Positions 1 to 8,523 of a stretch of DNA of 64,000 bases are shown here, piece after piece. The notes beneath the pieces were generated by a model. The model was given only the letters and a program-made list of their open reading frames with translations. It had not been told where the DNA came from and ran no database searches. Numbering within the stretch: the stretch's first letter is position 1; each line of letters begins with the position of its first letter. The DNA is from an uncultured delta proteobacterium (lineage in GTDB: Bacteria; Myxococcota_A; UBA9160; UBA4427): the NCBI GenBank assembly GCA_963822965.1, contig CAWGJT010000015.1:96001-160000 (forward strand). Direction: 5' to 3'. Made by a program: the position numbers and the translations under genes.

Positions 1-126
1 GCGCTGCTGGGCATCGCCCGGGAGGCCCCGCGCGACGAGGAGTCGCTGCTGGCCGTGAACGGCATGGGCCCGACCCTGGTGCGCAAGTACGGGAGCGAGA
101 TCCTCGCGATCACCCGCACCCCGTGA
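1..126 (+). CDS. 3' end of an HRDC-domain protein (RecQ/UvrD-type helicase C-terminus), partial
   Basis: Frame 1 reads ALLGIAREAPRDEESLLAVNGMGPTLVRKYGSEILAITRTP-stop, matching the HRDC pattern (IA..P....L..V.G.G.....KYG..IL). Confidence 0.75.
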   Translation, partial: ALLGIAREAPRDEESLLAVNGMGPTLVRKYGSEILAITRTP

Positions 127-280
127 GCGGAGCTCACCGCAAGCGGCTGCGCCTCGGTGAGCGGAGCTCACGAAGAGCGGCTGCGCCTCGGTGAGCGGAG
201 CTCACGAAGAGCGGCTGCGCCTCGGTGAGCGGAGCTCACGAAGAGCGGCTGCGCCTCGGCGAGCGGAGCTCACGAAGAGA
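123..280. repeat. 34-bp tandem repeat, about 4.6 copies, each with a GTGAGC-GGA-GCTCAC hairpin
   Basis: Units start at 123, 157, 191, 225 and 259. Consensus GTGAGCGGAGCTCACGAAGAGCGGCTGCGCCTCG; no spacers. Confidence 0.95.
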
Positions 281-1094
281 GCCGCCGATGGCGACAGAAG
301 AGCCAGGGGCCGCTCTCGGGCTCGTCACGGCGGAAGCGGCGGCAAAGCGATTCAGGCTCGGGAAAGACGCGCTCGAGCACGCCGGGCCCGAGGAAGGCGC
401 CGCCCCGGACGCCTCGCGGAAGCGCGCTTCCCAGGTAGACCGAGAGCATCAGCTCGTCCACGCAAGGCGGCTCTGTGTAGAGGGCCGCGGTCGTGGCGGG
501 TCCCGCCTCGACGCAGACGTCCGCGAGCCCGCGCTCTTCGCGCAGGAACGACAGCAGATCGCGCAGCGAGGGAGCGGTCCGTCCCACCACCTCGATGCCA
601 TCGCCGCGTCCCGCCTCCCGGACGCGCGCGACGAGACGCGGTGCCGCATCCCGCGACGTGACGACGAGCGCCCGCCGTGCCAGCAACGGATGCGCGAGAT
701 CGACGTCGTGCCGCGCGGTCAGGACGACGGTGAGCGGCGGCTCCCGGCGACCGAGACGCTGGCGCCGCCAGGCGGCGAGGTCGTCCGGCAGCCGGTGCAG
801 GACCTCCGGCTCGTCCCGCAGGATGCGCCCGGTGGTGACGACGGCGTCGCAGCGGGCGCGTGCGACGCCCAGCACGAAGGCGTCGGTGGCGCTGCGCGGC
901 GTGCTCGCTCCGATACGCAGGGTGAAGAGCCGACCTCCGGCGTCCTGCCAGACGGCGGTCACGTGCAGCACGCCCGGCGGCGCCTGCAGGTCGTCCTCGA
1001 AGATCTCACGGATGCGCGCCGCACAGCGGGCCGCCGCGCGCTCCGAAGCGCCTGCGCCCGCCGGTCGGCCTGCCGAGGTGGACCGGGCGGTCAT
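270..1094 (-). CDS. RibD C-terminal / dihydrofolate reductase-like protein
   Basis: ARARCDAVVTTGRILRDEP, VVLT and VCVEAGPAT...VDELMLSV are typical of the RibD_C reductase fold. Confidence 0.75.
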   Translation of the reverse strand: MTARSTSAGRPAGAGASERAAARCAARIREIFEDDLQAPPGVLHVTAVWQDAGGRLFTLRIGASTPRSATDAFVLGVARARCDAVVTTGRILRDEPEVLHRLPDDLAAWRRQRLGRREPPLTVVLTARHDVDLAHPLLARRALVVTSRDAAPRLVARVREAGRGDGIEVVGRTAPSLRDLLSFLREERGLADVCVEAGPATTAALYTEPPCVDELMLSVYLGSALPRGVRGGAFLGPGVLERVFPEPESLCRRFRRDEPESGPWLFCRHRRLSS

Positions 1095-1147
1095 CGCCCC
1101 AGGATGCCCCGCTGGCTAGACTCCCGCACGGGAGGCGAGGCGACGCC

Positions 1148-1369
1148 ATGACGGTCACGATCCACTACTGCGGGCGCTGAAACTATCTTCCCCGGGCCAC
1201 CAGTCTGGCGGCCAGAATCGAGCGGGAGACCGGTGTGGCGCCGGAGCTGATCCGAGGCGACGGGGGCATCTTCGACGTCTACCAGGACGAGCGGCTCGTC
1301 TTCTCGAAGCACCGAGTGGGTCGCTTTCCCGAAGAGGACGAGGTCGTCGCCGCGCTCGATCCCGCCTAG
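1148..1369 (+). CDS. SelT/SelW/SelH (Rdx) family selenoprotein, CxxU motif, 73 aa
   Basis: Reads MTVTIHYCGR-TGA(1178-1180)-NYLPRATSLAARIERETGVAPELIRGDGGIFDVYQDERLVFSKHRVGRFPEEDEVVAALDPA. The Rdx motifs I.YC..U.Y, G..G.F.V and FSK...GRFP continue across the TGA. GAGG RBS upstream and a SECIS-like hairpin downstream. Confidence 0.9.
1195..1213 (+). promoter_or_regulatory. Putative bacterial SECIS hairpin of the SelW-like gene
   Basis: GGCCACCA-GTC-TGGCGGCC hairpin starts 14 nt after the in-frame TGA; the loop begins with G. Confidence 0.7.
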
Positions 1370-1405
1370 AGGCCCGGCCGAGCCGAACCCGGAGGACCCG
1401 TCCCC

Positions 1406-2335
1406 ATGCCGCTTCACCCCCAGGCCCAGACCATCCTCGACGAGCTCTCCGCCGTCGGGGACATCGACGTCTGGAGCCTCCCCCCGGACGCGATGCGCGC
1501 GGCCTTCGGGCCGCTGCTGTCGGCGCCCGCAGAGCCGGTGGCGCACGTCGAGGACCGGGTCGTCCCCGGGCCGGCGGGCGAGATCCCCGTCCGCATCTAC
1601 ACGCCGGAGGGCGAGGGGCCCCATCCGGTGCTCGTCTACTTCCACGGCGGCGGCTTCGTCCTCTGCGACCTCGACACCCACGACTCGACGTGCCGGTCGC
1701 TCGCCAACGCGGGGGGCTGCGCGGTGGTCTCCGTCGACTACCGGCTCGCGCCCGAGGCGAAGTTCCCGGCGGCCCCCGAGGACTGCTACGCGGCCACGTG
1801 CTGGGTCGCCGACCAGCCCCCCTCGCCCGCCTTCGACACGTCGCGCCTCGCGGTCGGCGGAGACAGCGCCGGGGGCAACCTGGCCGCCGTGGTCTCGCTG
1901 ATGGCGCGCGACCGTGGCGGACCGCGCATCGACCACCAGCTGCTCATCTACCCGGTGACCGACTGCGCGTTCGAGACGGCCTCCTACCGGGACAACGCCG
2001 AGGGCTACTTCCTCACCCGGGAGATGATGAAGTGGTTCTGGCACCACTACCTCCCCGACGAGTCCGCCGGCGGGAGCCCCCTGGCCTCGCCGCTGCGGGC
2101 GGAGAAGCTGGAGGGCCTGCCGCCCGCCACGGTGATCACCGCCGAGTTCGATCCCCTGCGCGACGAGGGCGAGGCGTACGCGGCGCGCCTCGAGGCGGCG
2201 GGCGTTCCCGTCCACGCGCGCCGCTTCGACGGCATGTTCCACGGCTTCTTCGGCATGACCGATCGGCTCGACGACGCGAGGAAGGCCGTCGCCCACGCGG
2301 GCGATGCCCTGCGTCAGGCGTTCCTGCGCCCGTAG
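1406..2335 (+). CDS. Alpha/beta hydrolase, HSL-family lipase/esterase
   Basis: HGGG oxyanion motif, GDSAGG nucleophile, DPLRDEG and HGF catalytic motifs. Confidence 0.95.
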   Translation: MPLHPQAQTILDELSAVGDIDVWSLPPDAMRAAFGPLLSAPAEPVAHVEDRVVPGPAGEIPVRIYTPEGEGPHPVLVYFHGGGFVLCDLDTHDSTCRSLANAGGCAVVSVDYRLAPEAKFPAAPEDCYAATCWVADQPPSPAFDTSRLAVGGDSAGGNLAAVVSLMARDRGGPRIDHQLLIYPVTDCAFETASYRDNAEGYFLTREMMKWFWHHYLPDESAGGSPLASPLRAEKLEGLPPATVITAEFDPLRDEGEAYAARLEAAGVPVHARRFDGMFHGFFGMTDRLDDARKAVAHAGDALRQAFLRP

Positions 2336-2338
2336 CCC

Positions 2339-2677
2339 ATGGCCCCGGAAGACGATCTGCCATTCACGGACGTGTGCGCGACGTCCGAGATTCCGCCGGG
2401 GCGAGCAGTGGCGGTCCGCGCGGCTGGGCGTGACTTTCTGCTCTGCCACGCGGAGGGCCGCTACTACGCGGTCGCGGAACGCTGCACCCACGCCGCCTGG
2501 AGCCTGGCGGGCGGCGAGGTTCGGGGCTGCGAGCTGGCGTGCTCGCTTCACGGTGCCCGCTTCGACCTGCGCACGGGTGATGCGACGAGGCCCCCCGCCA
2601 GCAAGCCGCTCCGCACGTTTCCCGTGCGCACGCGCGGCGGTCGCATCCAGGTGCAGGTGACACCGCTGCCCCGTTGA
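2339..2677 (+). CDS. Rieske [2Fe-2S] ferredoxin
   Basis: CTH...CSLHGARFDLRTG Rieske motifs in a 112-aa protein. Confidence 0.9.
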   Translation: MAPEDDLPFTDVCATSEIPPGRAVAVRAAGRDFLLCHAEGRYYAVAERCTHAAWSLAGGEVRGCELACSLHGARFDLRTGDATRPPASKPLRTFPVRTRGGRIQVQVTPLPR

Positions 2678-2823
2678 TCCACACCCGGGCCGGGCGAAGG
2701 ATCCGAGGTAAGATCAGGCCCCGAACAATCCGAAGCGACCCCGCTCGAGAGCGGCGGCAGAAGGGAATCCAGCGTTTGACCCGACCGGCCCGAGTCCCGA
2801 AGCGAACGCCCGCGACCGCGTGC

Positions 2824-4272
2824 GTGCGGCTGACCATCCTGCTGCTTGCCGCCGCGCTCCTCTCCGGCTGCGCGGCGGCCGTGCCCGCCGGCGAGGCGCC
2901 GCCGTCGCCGTCCGACGAGACCGCTTCGGCCGCCTCGACGAGCAGCTCTTCGGCCGCCTCGACGAGCAGCTCTTCGGCCGCCTCGACGAGCAGCTCGGCG
3001 AGCGCGCGGCCGCCGGCGTCGTCGCCCGTGCTCGCATCGGCGCGCCGCGAGCGCGAGCGGTGGAGCGATCTGGTGAAAGACGGCCGCAGCCACCTGCGGC
3101 GGGGCGAGCTCTCCGAAGCCGAGGACAGCTTCACCCGCGCCTACGACCAGACCCGCGCCTTCCGACACGGCGACCCGCGGACGCGAACGAGCATCAGCAA
3201 TCTCGAGCGACTCGCGAAGGCGTACCTGCATGCGGGCGACGCCACGGGCTTCGGCCGCGTGATGGAGCTGCTCGTCTTCGTCAGCAGCGAGACGTCCGAG
3301 GCGCGTACCCCGGAGCTGGCGGACCTGCTGCAGGACCTGGCGAGCACACGCAGCATGCAGGGCCGGCCGGAGGACGCCCGGGAGGCCCTCGAGCTCTCGC
3401 TGGCGATCGCGTCGGAGCAGAAGGGTGCGAACGACGAATCCCTGGTGGGCGTGTACGCCCAGCTTGCCCAGGCGGACATCGCCCTGGGCGAGCTCGACGC
3501 TGCCCAGGAGCACGTCGATCGGGCCGCGGAGATCGCCCGGTCGGCGGCCGGCGAGCAGAGCGTCCTCTACGCCACCGCCCTGCTGGCCCGCGCGAAGCTG
3601 GAGGACGCCCGGGGCCAGGACGACGCGACCTGGCAGACGCTCGTGGAGATCGTCGGCATCTACGAGGAAAAGGTCGGCGCGAACCAGCCGGCGACCGCGC
3701 GGGTCGTGCGCGAGCTGGCGCTGTTCGAGCAGAAGAGCGGCCGCACCGCCGAGGCGGAGAAGTCCTTCGACCGGGTGGTCGACATCTGGGACACGCTTCC
3801 CAAGGAGAAGTTCCAGCAGGCCCAGAGCCGCAACGAGCTGGCCTGGTTCTTCGTGGAGACGGGCCAGCCCCAGCACGCGGAAGCGCCCGCGCGCAGCGCT
3901 CTGTCCATGCTCGAGAAGGAGGGAACGCAGGGACAGCCGCTGGCGGCCGTCGCCGACACCCTCGCCACCGCCCTGCGCGATCAGGGTAAGTTCGCCGAGG
4001 CCGAATCCCTCTACCAGCAGGCGCTCGACGAAGCCGCGAAGGGGGAGAGCATGCCGGGCTGGAGTGCGGCGCCCATCGCCGAGCGGTACGCGGTCCTGCT
4101 CGAGGAGACCGGGCGGTCCGCCCAGGCCCAGCACCTCCGGCGCCGGTGGGCCGAGGCCCCGAAGCCGTCCGCCGGAGCTCCGTCCGCGTCGGACGGCTCG
4201 GACTCCGTGTCGAACGCTTTGGGCTCCGCGTCGGATGATTCCGGGTCCGCGGCGGACGATTCGGCCCCCTGA
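2824..4272 (+). CDS. Tetratricopeptide-repeat lipoprotein
   Basis: GTG start gives MRLTILLLAAALLSGC (lipobox), a Ser-rich linker, then TPR repeats (LA......G...EAE..Y..AL). Confidence 0.8.
   Translation: MRLTILLLAAALLSGCAAAVPAGEAPPSPSDETASAASTSSSSAASTSSSSAASTSSSASARPPASSPVLASARRERERWSDLVKDGRSHLRRGELSEAEDSFTRAYDQTRAFRHGDPRTRTSISNLERLAKAYLHAGDATGFGRVMELLVFVSSETSEARTPELADLLQDLASTRSMQGRPEDAREALELSLAIASEQKGANDESLVGVYAQLAQADIALGELDAAQEHVDRAAEIARSAAGEQSVLYATALLARAKLEDARGQDDATWQTLVEIVGIYEEKVGANQPATARVVRELALFEQKSGRTAEAEKSFDRVVDIWDTLPKEKFQQAQSRNELAWFFVETGQPQHAEAPARSALSMLEKEGTQGQPLAAVADTLATALRDQGKFAEAESLYQQALDEAAKGESMPGWSAAPIAERYAVLLEETGRSAQAQHLRRRWAEAPKPSAGAPSASDGSDSVSNALGSASDDSGSAADDSAP
2924..2995 (+). 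repeat. In-frame 24-bp x3 repeat encoding a SAASTSSS linker
   Basis: CTTCGGCCGCCTCGACGAGCAGCT occurs three times in tandem. Confidence 0.95.
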
Positions 4273-4293
4273 TGGCCCGGCGAGGCCCGCCGA

Positions 4294-4983
4294 TCAGCGC
4301 TCCTTCACCGCCGTCCACGACTCGTAGAGCGGCGGGCCCCAGGGCAGGGGGCGGAACCGATCCCGCCGCGTGACGCGCAGCCCCAGGCCGTCGAGCGCGG
4401 CCGCGGTGTCGTAGAGCGGGTGCAACGCGGCGAGCCCGAACGCCCAGCCCACGAGATCGACGAGCCGGAAGTGGGCCCGCGCCAGCGCTCGGGCGAGGCG
4501 CGCCCCCGAGGCCGGCGCGAACTCCGCCACCACCAGCCGGCCGCCGGGGCGCACCTGCCCCGCCAGATGGGCGAGCGCCCCGCGCATGGCGGCCGGCGAG
4601 AACACGTTCAGCACGAAGTGGGCCACCACCACGTCGTAGCCGCCGGCGGGCGCGCAATGCGCGAAGAAATCCTGGGGGTACAGCTCGGCGTGGGCTCCGG
4701 CCGCCTCGAGCCTTCTCCGCAGCCGGTCGAGCATCGCCGGCGAGCAGTCGACGGCCGCGACCCGGGCTCCTCGCAGCGCCGCCGCCACCGCTTCCTCGCC
4801 GGTGCCGGCGCCCGCGTAGAGGACGCGCTCTCCCGCTCGGATCTCGGCGAGGTGGGCGTGCTTGGCGGCGCGGACGCGGCCCAGGGAGTAGGCGCTCGCG
4901 ACGGCGTCGTAGCACCACGCCACCCTTCCGTACGGGTACACGCGCCGCCCGCCCGCGGCGACCGGCGGGTGCGACCCGCTCAG
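4294..4983 (-). CDS. Class I SAM-dependent methyltransferase (start uncertain: CTG 4983 or GTG 4941)
   Basis: VLYAGAGTG motif I, VDCSPAML, YDVVVAHFVL, VRPGGRLVVAEF. Confidence 0.85.
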   Translation of the reverse strand: MSGSHPPVAAGGRRVYPYGRVAWCYDAVASAYSLGRVRAAKHAHLAEIRAGERVLYAGAGTGEEAVAAALRGARVAAVDCSPAMLDRLRRRLEAAGAHAELYPQDFFAHCAPAGGYDVVVAHFVLNVFSPAAMRGALAHLAGQVRPGGRLVVAEFAPASGARLARALARAHFRLVDLVGWAFGLAALHPLYDTAAALDGLGLRVTRRDRFRPLPWGPPLYESWTAVKER

Positions 4984-5693
4984 GCTCCGAGCTCGGCGCG
5001 CAGGAACGCGAGGATGTCGCCCCAGGCCTCGCGCGCGGTGGCGGCGTCGTAGACGTCGGGACGCGAGTCGTTGAGGAAGGCGTGGTCCACCCCCAGGTAC
5101 GTCTGGAAGTGATGCCGGACCCCGGCGGCCTCCAGCTCGTCGTCGAGCCGGCGCACCGCCTCGGGCGGAACGAAGTCGTCGTTCTCGGCGAAGACCCCCA
5201 GCACCGCGGCCTGCATCTTCCCGAAGTCGACCCGGACGTTCGGGTGGACGCCGTAGCAGTCGACCACCGCACCGATGCGCCGGTTGCCGGCGCCGGCGTG
5301 CAGGGCGAGCTGTCCGCCCATGCAGAAGCCGATGCAGGCCACGCGGGAGCCCTCGACGGCGTCGTGGTCGAGCAGCGTCGCCACCGCCCGGTCGAGATCC
5401 GCCGACGCCCGGGGAACGTCGAGGTCCATCATCAGGCGCTGGGCCTCGCTGGGATCGCTGGTCTCCTCGCCGCGATAGAGGTCCGGCGCCAACGCCACGA
5501 ATCCCTCGCGCGCCAGCCGGTCGCAGACGTCGCGGACGGGGTCGACGAGACCCCACCATTCCTGGATCACCATCACCCCGGGACCGCTGCCCGTGGGCGG
5601 GAGCGCGAGGTATCCCCGCAGCGCTCCCGCGCCGTCGGATCCCGCCGCGAGGGCGAGGTCGCTGCCGAGACGCCCCTCGGTGCTCGTCGTCAT
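4980..5693 (-). CDS. Dienelactone hydrolase family protein
   Basis: IQEWWGL, GFCMGG nucleophile, HAFLND. Confidence 0.95.
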   Translation of the reverse strand: MTTSTEGRLGSDLALAAGSDGAGALRGYLALPPTGSGPGVMVIQEWWGLVDPVRDVCDRLAREGFVALAPDLYRGEETSDPSEAQRLMMDLDVPRASADLDRAVATLLDHDAVEGSRVACIGFCMGGQLALHAGAGNRRIGAVVDCYGVHPNVRVDFGKMQAAVLGVFAENDDFVPPEAVRRLDDELEAAGVRHHFQTYLGVDHAFLNDSRPDVYDAATAREAWGDILAFLRAELGA

Positions 5694-5727
5694 GCCGTCT
5701 CCCGTGTGGTCCGCGTAGCCCGGAGCG

Positions 5728-5890
5728 TAGAGCCCATCTCATGAACCCGCTCGGTCGCCAGGCGGCGTCTTCGCCCCGATCTCATCGTTGCGAAACCTCG
5801 CCGTAGCGACACGACGCCTTCGCTTTCGCGCCTCGATCTCGGGCCGAACTCGCTCGCCTGCCTCGGTCGGGGTTTGTGAGATGGGCTCTA
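5728..5890. mobile_element. MITE-like non-autonomous element (159 bp) with terminal inverted repeats and TA duplication
   Basis: TA-GAGCCCATCTCA (5728-5741) is the exact reverse complement of TGAGATGGGCTC-TA (5877-5890). The match extends imperfectly inward, the interior is self-complementary, and there is no credible ORF. Confidence 0.75.
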
Positions 5891-5962
5891 GCCGCACCGC
5901 GACTGGATCCGGACCGTCGGGGTGCCCGGGTCGCTCGGAGCGTGACCCGGGGACGGGACGGC

Positions 5963-6907
5963 TCAGGGAAGCTGGGGCGGCAGGAACGGGAAGTTCGTGG
6001 GCAGCCCGGGACCGCCGGGAGTCGGCGCGGGCTTCCCGCAGCCCCCGCTGCAGGGCAGCACCAGCGATTCGCTTCCGAAGGTGGTCGCGATGGGCGGCGG
6101 CGCCGCCCCCGCACCGCCCACGAACGCCGGCCCGAGGGCCACGTCGTCCGGGGAGAAGCGGCCGGCCACGGGCGTCATCGCCAGCTCCTCGCAGGCGTCG
6201 CGCATCAGCACCGCGAGCTGCGGATGCGTGGCCGGCGCGGTGTAGAGGGGCTCGCGCGGCTTGCCGACCACGCAGCCGCCGGCGGGCGCCGTGAGCCGCA
6301 GGGTCGGGTCGGTTCGGCGCTCCACGTCCAGGCCGCTTCCGTACGCGCACACCATGGAGACCACCCCCGCCTTCTCCGCGAACACCAGGGCGTCCTGGTC
6401 GGCGCTCGTGCGGGCGACCCGCAGCCCCGGGGTGGCGAGCTCGGCGGACCCGCCGGCGCCCTCGTCGGAGTCGATCAGCCGCAGGTGGCCGCTCACCAGG
6501 TCGAGGCGCGGTGCGCCCGAGGCCAGGGAGCCCACCTCCACCGTCGACTTCTCGCCCACCCGCACGTAGTAGCTGCCCGCGTCGATGCCCACGTCGGAGT
6601 CTTCCCCGGTGAGCACGCGCTCGCCGTCGTAGAGGGGATCGCGGCACTCGAGGATGCGACGCTCGCCGCCGGGCGTCTCCGCGTAGGCCGCGCCGCGCAC
6701 GCTGACCACGCGCCCGACGGGCGTGGCGCTCTGGGCGATCGCCGCGGCGCCGGGCATCAGCAGCGCGCACACGAGCACGGCTTGCAGGCTGCGGCGGAGC
6801 GCGACGGAGCCGCCGGGCGCTCGACCGGGCGAGGCCGGGGACGGGGGCGAGGCCTGGGGCGGGGGCGAGGCCTGGGAGAGGAAGGGAGTCGTGGAAGAGT
6901 CGCTCAT
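5963..6907 (-). CDS. FecR-domain exported protein with Cys/Pro-rich C-terminus
   Basis: Signal-like segment, then VGRVVSVRGAAYA...L..G..V.TGEDS.V.I....VRVGEKSTVEV...L.SG.LR, a FecR-like beta pattern. Confidence 0.65.
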   Translation of the reverse strand: MSDSSTTPFLSQASPPPQASPPSPASPGRAPGGSVALRRSLQAVLVCALLMPGAAAIAQSATPVGRVVSVRGAAYAETPGGERRILECRDPLYDGERVLTGEDSDVGIDAGSYYVRVGEKSTVEVGSLASGAPRLDLVSGHLRLIDSDEGAGGSAELATPGLRVARTSADQDALVFAEKAGVVSMVCAYGSGLDVERRTDPTLRLTAPAGGCVVGKPREPLYTAPATHPQLAVLMRDACEELAMTPVAGRFSPDDVALGPAFVGGAGAAPPPIATTFGSESLVLPCSGGCGKPAPTPGGPGLPTNFPFLPPQLP

Positions 6908-6921
6908 GTGTCGTCTCGCTC

Positions 6922-8523
6922 TCAGCGGAAGCGGACCCGCACGTAGCCGCCGACCACGTGGCGATGGTAGTCGTAGACGTCCGTGTTGGATCCCGTGTCG
7001 GTGTATCGATAGCGCGCGAGCACGCTCACGTTCTCGGTGACGAACTTCTCCAGCTCGGCGCCGAAGTCCCAGATGCGGTCCCGGTGCTTGGCGTCGACCG
7101 AAGGCGCGTCGCTGTAGACGGACGGCCGGTCGTAGGGCTGGTAGGTGAAGGCGGTCCACGCGTCGAGCCCGACCGTTCCGGGGAGCGTGAGGTCGAAGCC
7201 CGCCAGGAAGCGGTGCAGGTCGGAGTCGAACTCCCGGCCCTCGGAGTCGTAGCGGTTGAAGAGATAGCCGCCGCGCAGCTCGAGGTCGCGCCAGCCGGGC
7301 CGGTAGCGGTGCAGGACTCCCACGCTGGCGAGGGTGCCGTCCCGCTGGATGGCCCGGGGCTGGAACGGCGACGGCGGGTCCACCGGGTCGTACCTGAAGT
7401 CGTACCAGGCACCCGCCACGGTGAGCTCGGTGCGCCCGTACTCGTGCCAGTCCTGGAAGAGGGTTCCCGAGAGGGTGTTGGCCGACAGATAGGGATCGTC
7501 GTTCACCCAGGCATAGCCGTAGTCGTAGCGGGCCCGCAGGGTGGTATCGGGAGCGAGGGCGTAGTCCAGGTAGGCGGCGGCCGTGGGGTAGTGGGCGTCG
7601 AACTCGCTGATGTCGAAGTGGGCGTTGCCCGTGTAGGCGGCGAGCAGGCCGCCCGACCACTGGTCCGTGCGAAAGAGCTCGGCACCGCCGTCGAACGACC
7701 AGTAGCCCAGCCCGTCACGCTTGCCGGAGACCACGTCGCCGTTGATGAATACGTTGCTCACGCCGGCGCCCCGCACCACGACGTTGGAATCGTACTCGAG
7801 CCCGGCCTCCGCGTCGGCCCAGAAGCGCGGCGGCTCGAGGGCGGCCGCCTGGGCCAGGATGCGCTCGGCCTCGGCGATCCACGGCCCGTCGGGATCCTCG
7901 GCGCGCACGCGCTCCAGGGCTTCCCGGGCGCGCTCCTGCTCGTCGAGGTTGCGCCACGCGAGGAACGCGTAGTACGAGGCGACGGGCTCCACGGCGTGCG
8001 GGTCCGCGCGTCGCGCTCGTTCCAGCGAGAGCGCCGCCTCGCGCGTCTGGTCGGACTGCAGCTCGAGCAGTCCGGTGTAGAGATCGAGCAGCGCGCCCTC
8101 GGCGCCGCGCGCCCGCGCCCGGTCCAGGGCGCCGCGCGCCGCGTCGAGCTCATCCAGGTGGTAGTGGGCGATGCCGAGCTGCAGATCCACGTCGGCCGGA
8201 GCGTCCGGAAGCTCGCTTGCGGTCTCCAGGGTGGCGACGGCTGCCGCGTAGTCCCCGCTGCGCACCTGGCAGCGTCCGGCAATGCCTGCGACCCGCGCGT
8301 TCTCCGGTGCCTGATTCCGGTAGAGCGCCACCGCCTCGTCGCAGCGTCCCTGGGCCTCGAGGTCGGCGGCGCGCAGCGCCAGCACGTTGTCCCGGTCGTC
8401 GGCCCCGGCGATTCCCGCCGCCATCAGCCAGACGAGCCCGGCGATCGGGAGCGCGAGCAGCCGCCGCCCCGGCCGGCGCGTTCGTCGCCCTGCCCTCTGC
8501 GGCCCGTGGCCGGCGGGAGTCAT
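6922..8523 (-). CDS. N-terminal TPR plus C-terminal outer-membrane beta-barrel protein (Slam-like architecture)
   Basis: Signal peptide, TPR repeats, G.EYDSNV barrel start, alternating aromatic beta strands, C-terminal YVRVRFR. Confidence 0.7.
   Translation of the reverse strand: MTPAGHGPQRAGRRTRRPGRRLLALPIAGLVWLMAAGIAGADDRDNVLALRAADLEAQGRCDEAVALYRNQAPENARVAGIAGRCQVRSGDYAAAVATLETASELPDAPADVDLQLGIAHYHLDELDAARGALDRARARGAEGALLDLYTGLLELQSDQTREAALSLERARRADPHAVEPVASYYAFLAWRNLDEQERAREALERVRAEDPDGPWIAEAERILAQAAALEPPRFWADAEAGLEYDSNVVVRGAGVSNVFINGDVVSGKRDGLGYWSFDGGAELFRTDQWSGGLLAAYTGNAHFDISEFDAHYPTAAAYLDYALAPDTTLRARYDYGYAWVNDDPYLSANTLSGTLFQDWHEYGRTELTVAGAWYDFRYDPVDPPSPFQPRAIQRDGTLASVGVLHRYRPGWRDLELRGGYLFNRYDSEGREFDSDLHRFLAGFDLTLPGTVGLDAWTAFTYQPYDRPSVYSDAPSVDAKHRDRIWDFGAELEKFVTENVSVLARYRYTDTGSNTDVYDYHRHVVGGYVRVRFR

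Noticed and set aside
123..280. CRISPR array or lac-operator array
   Set aside because: Units are contiguous with no unique spacers and no cas genes nearby. The lacO similarity is only the 9-mer GTGAGCGGA.
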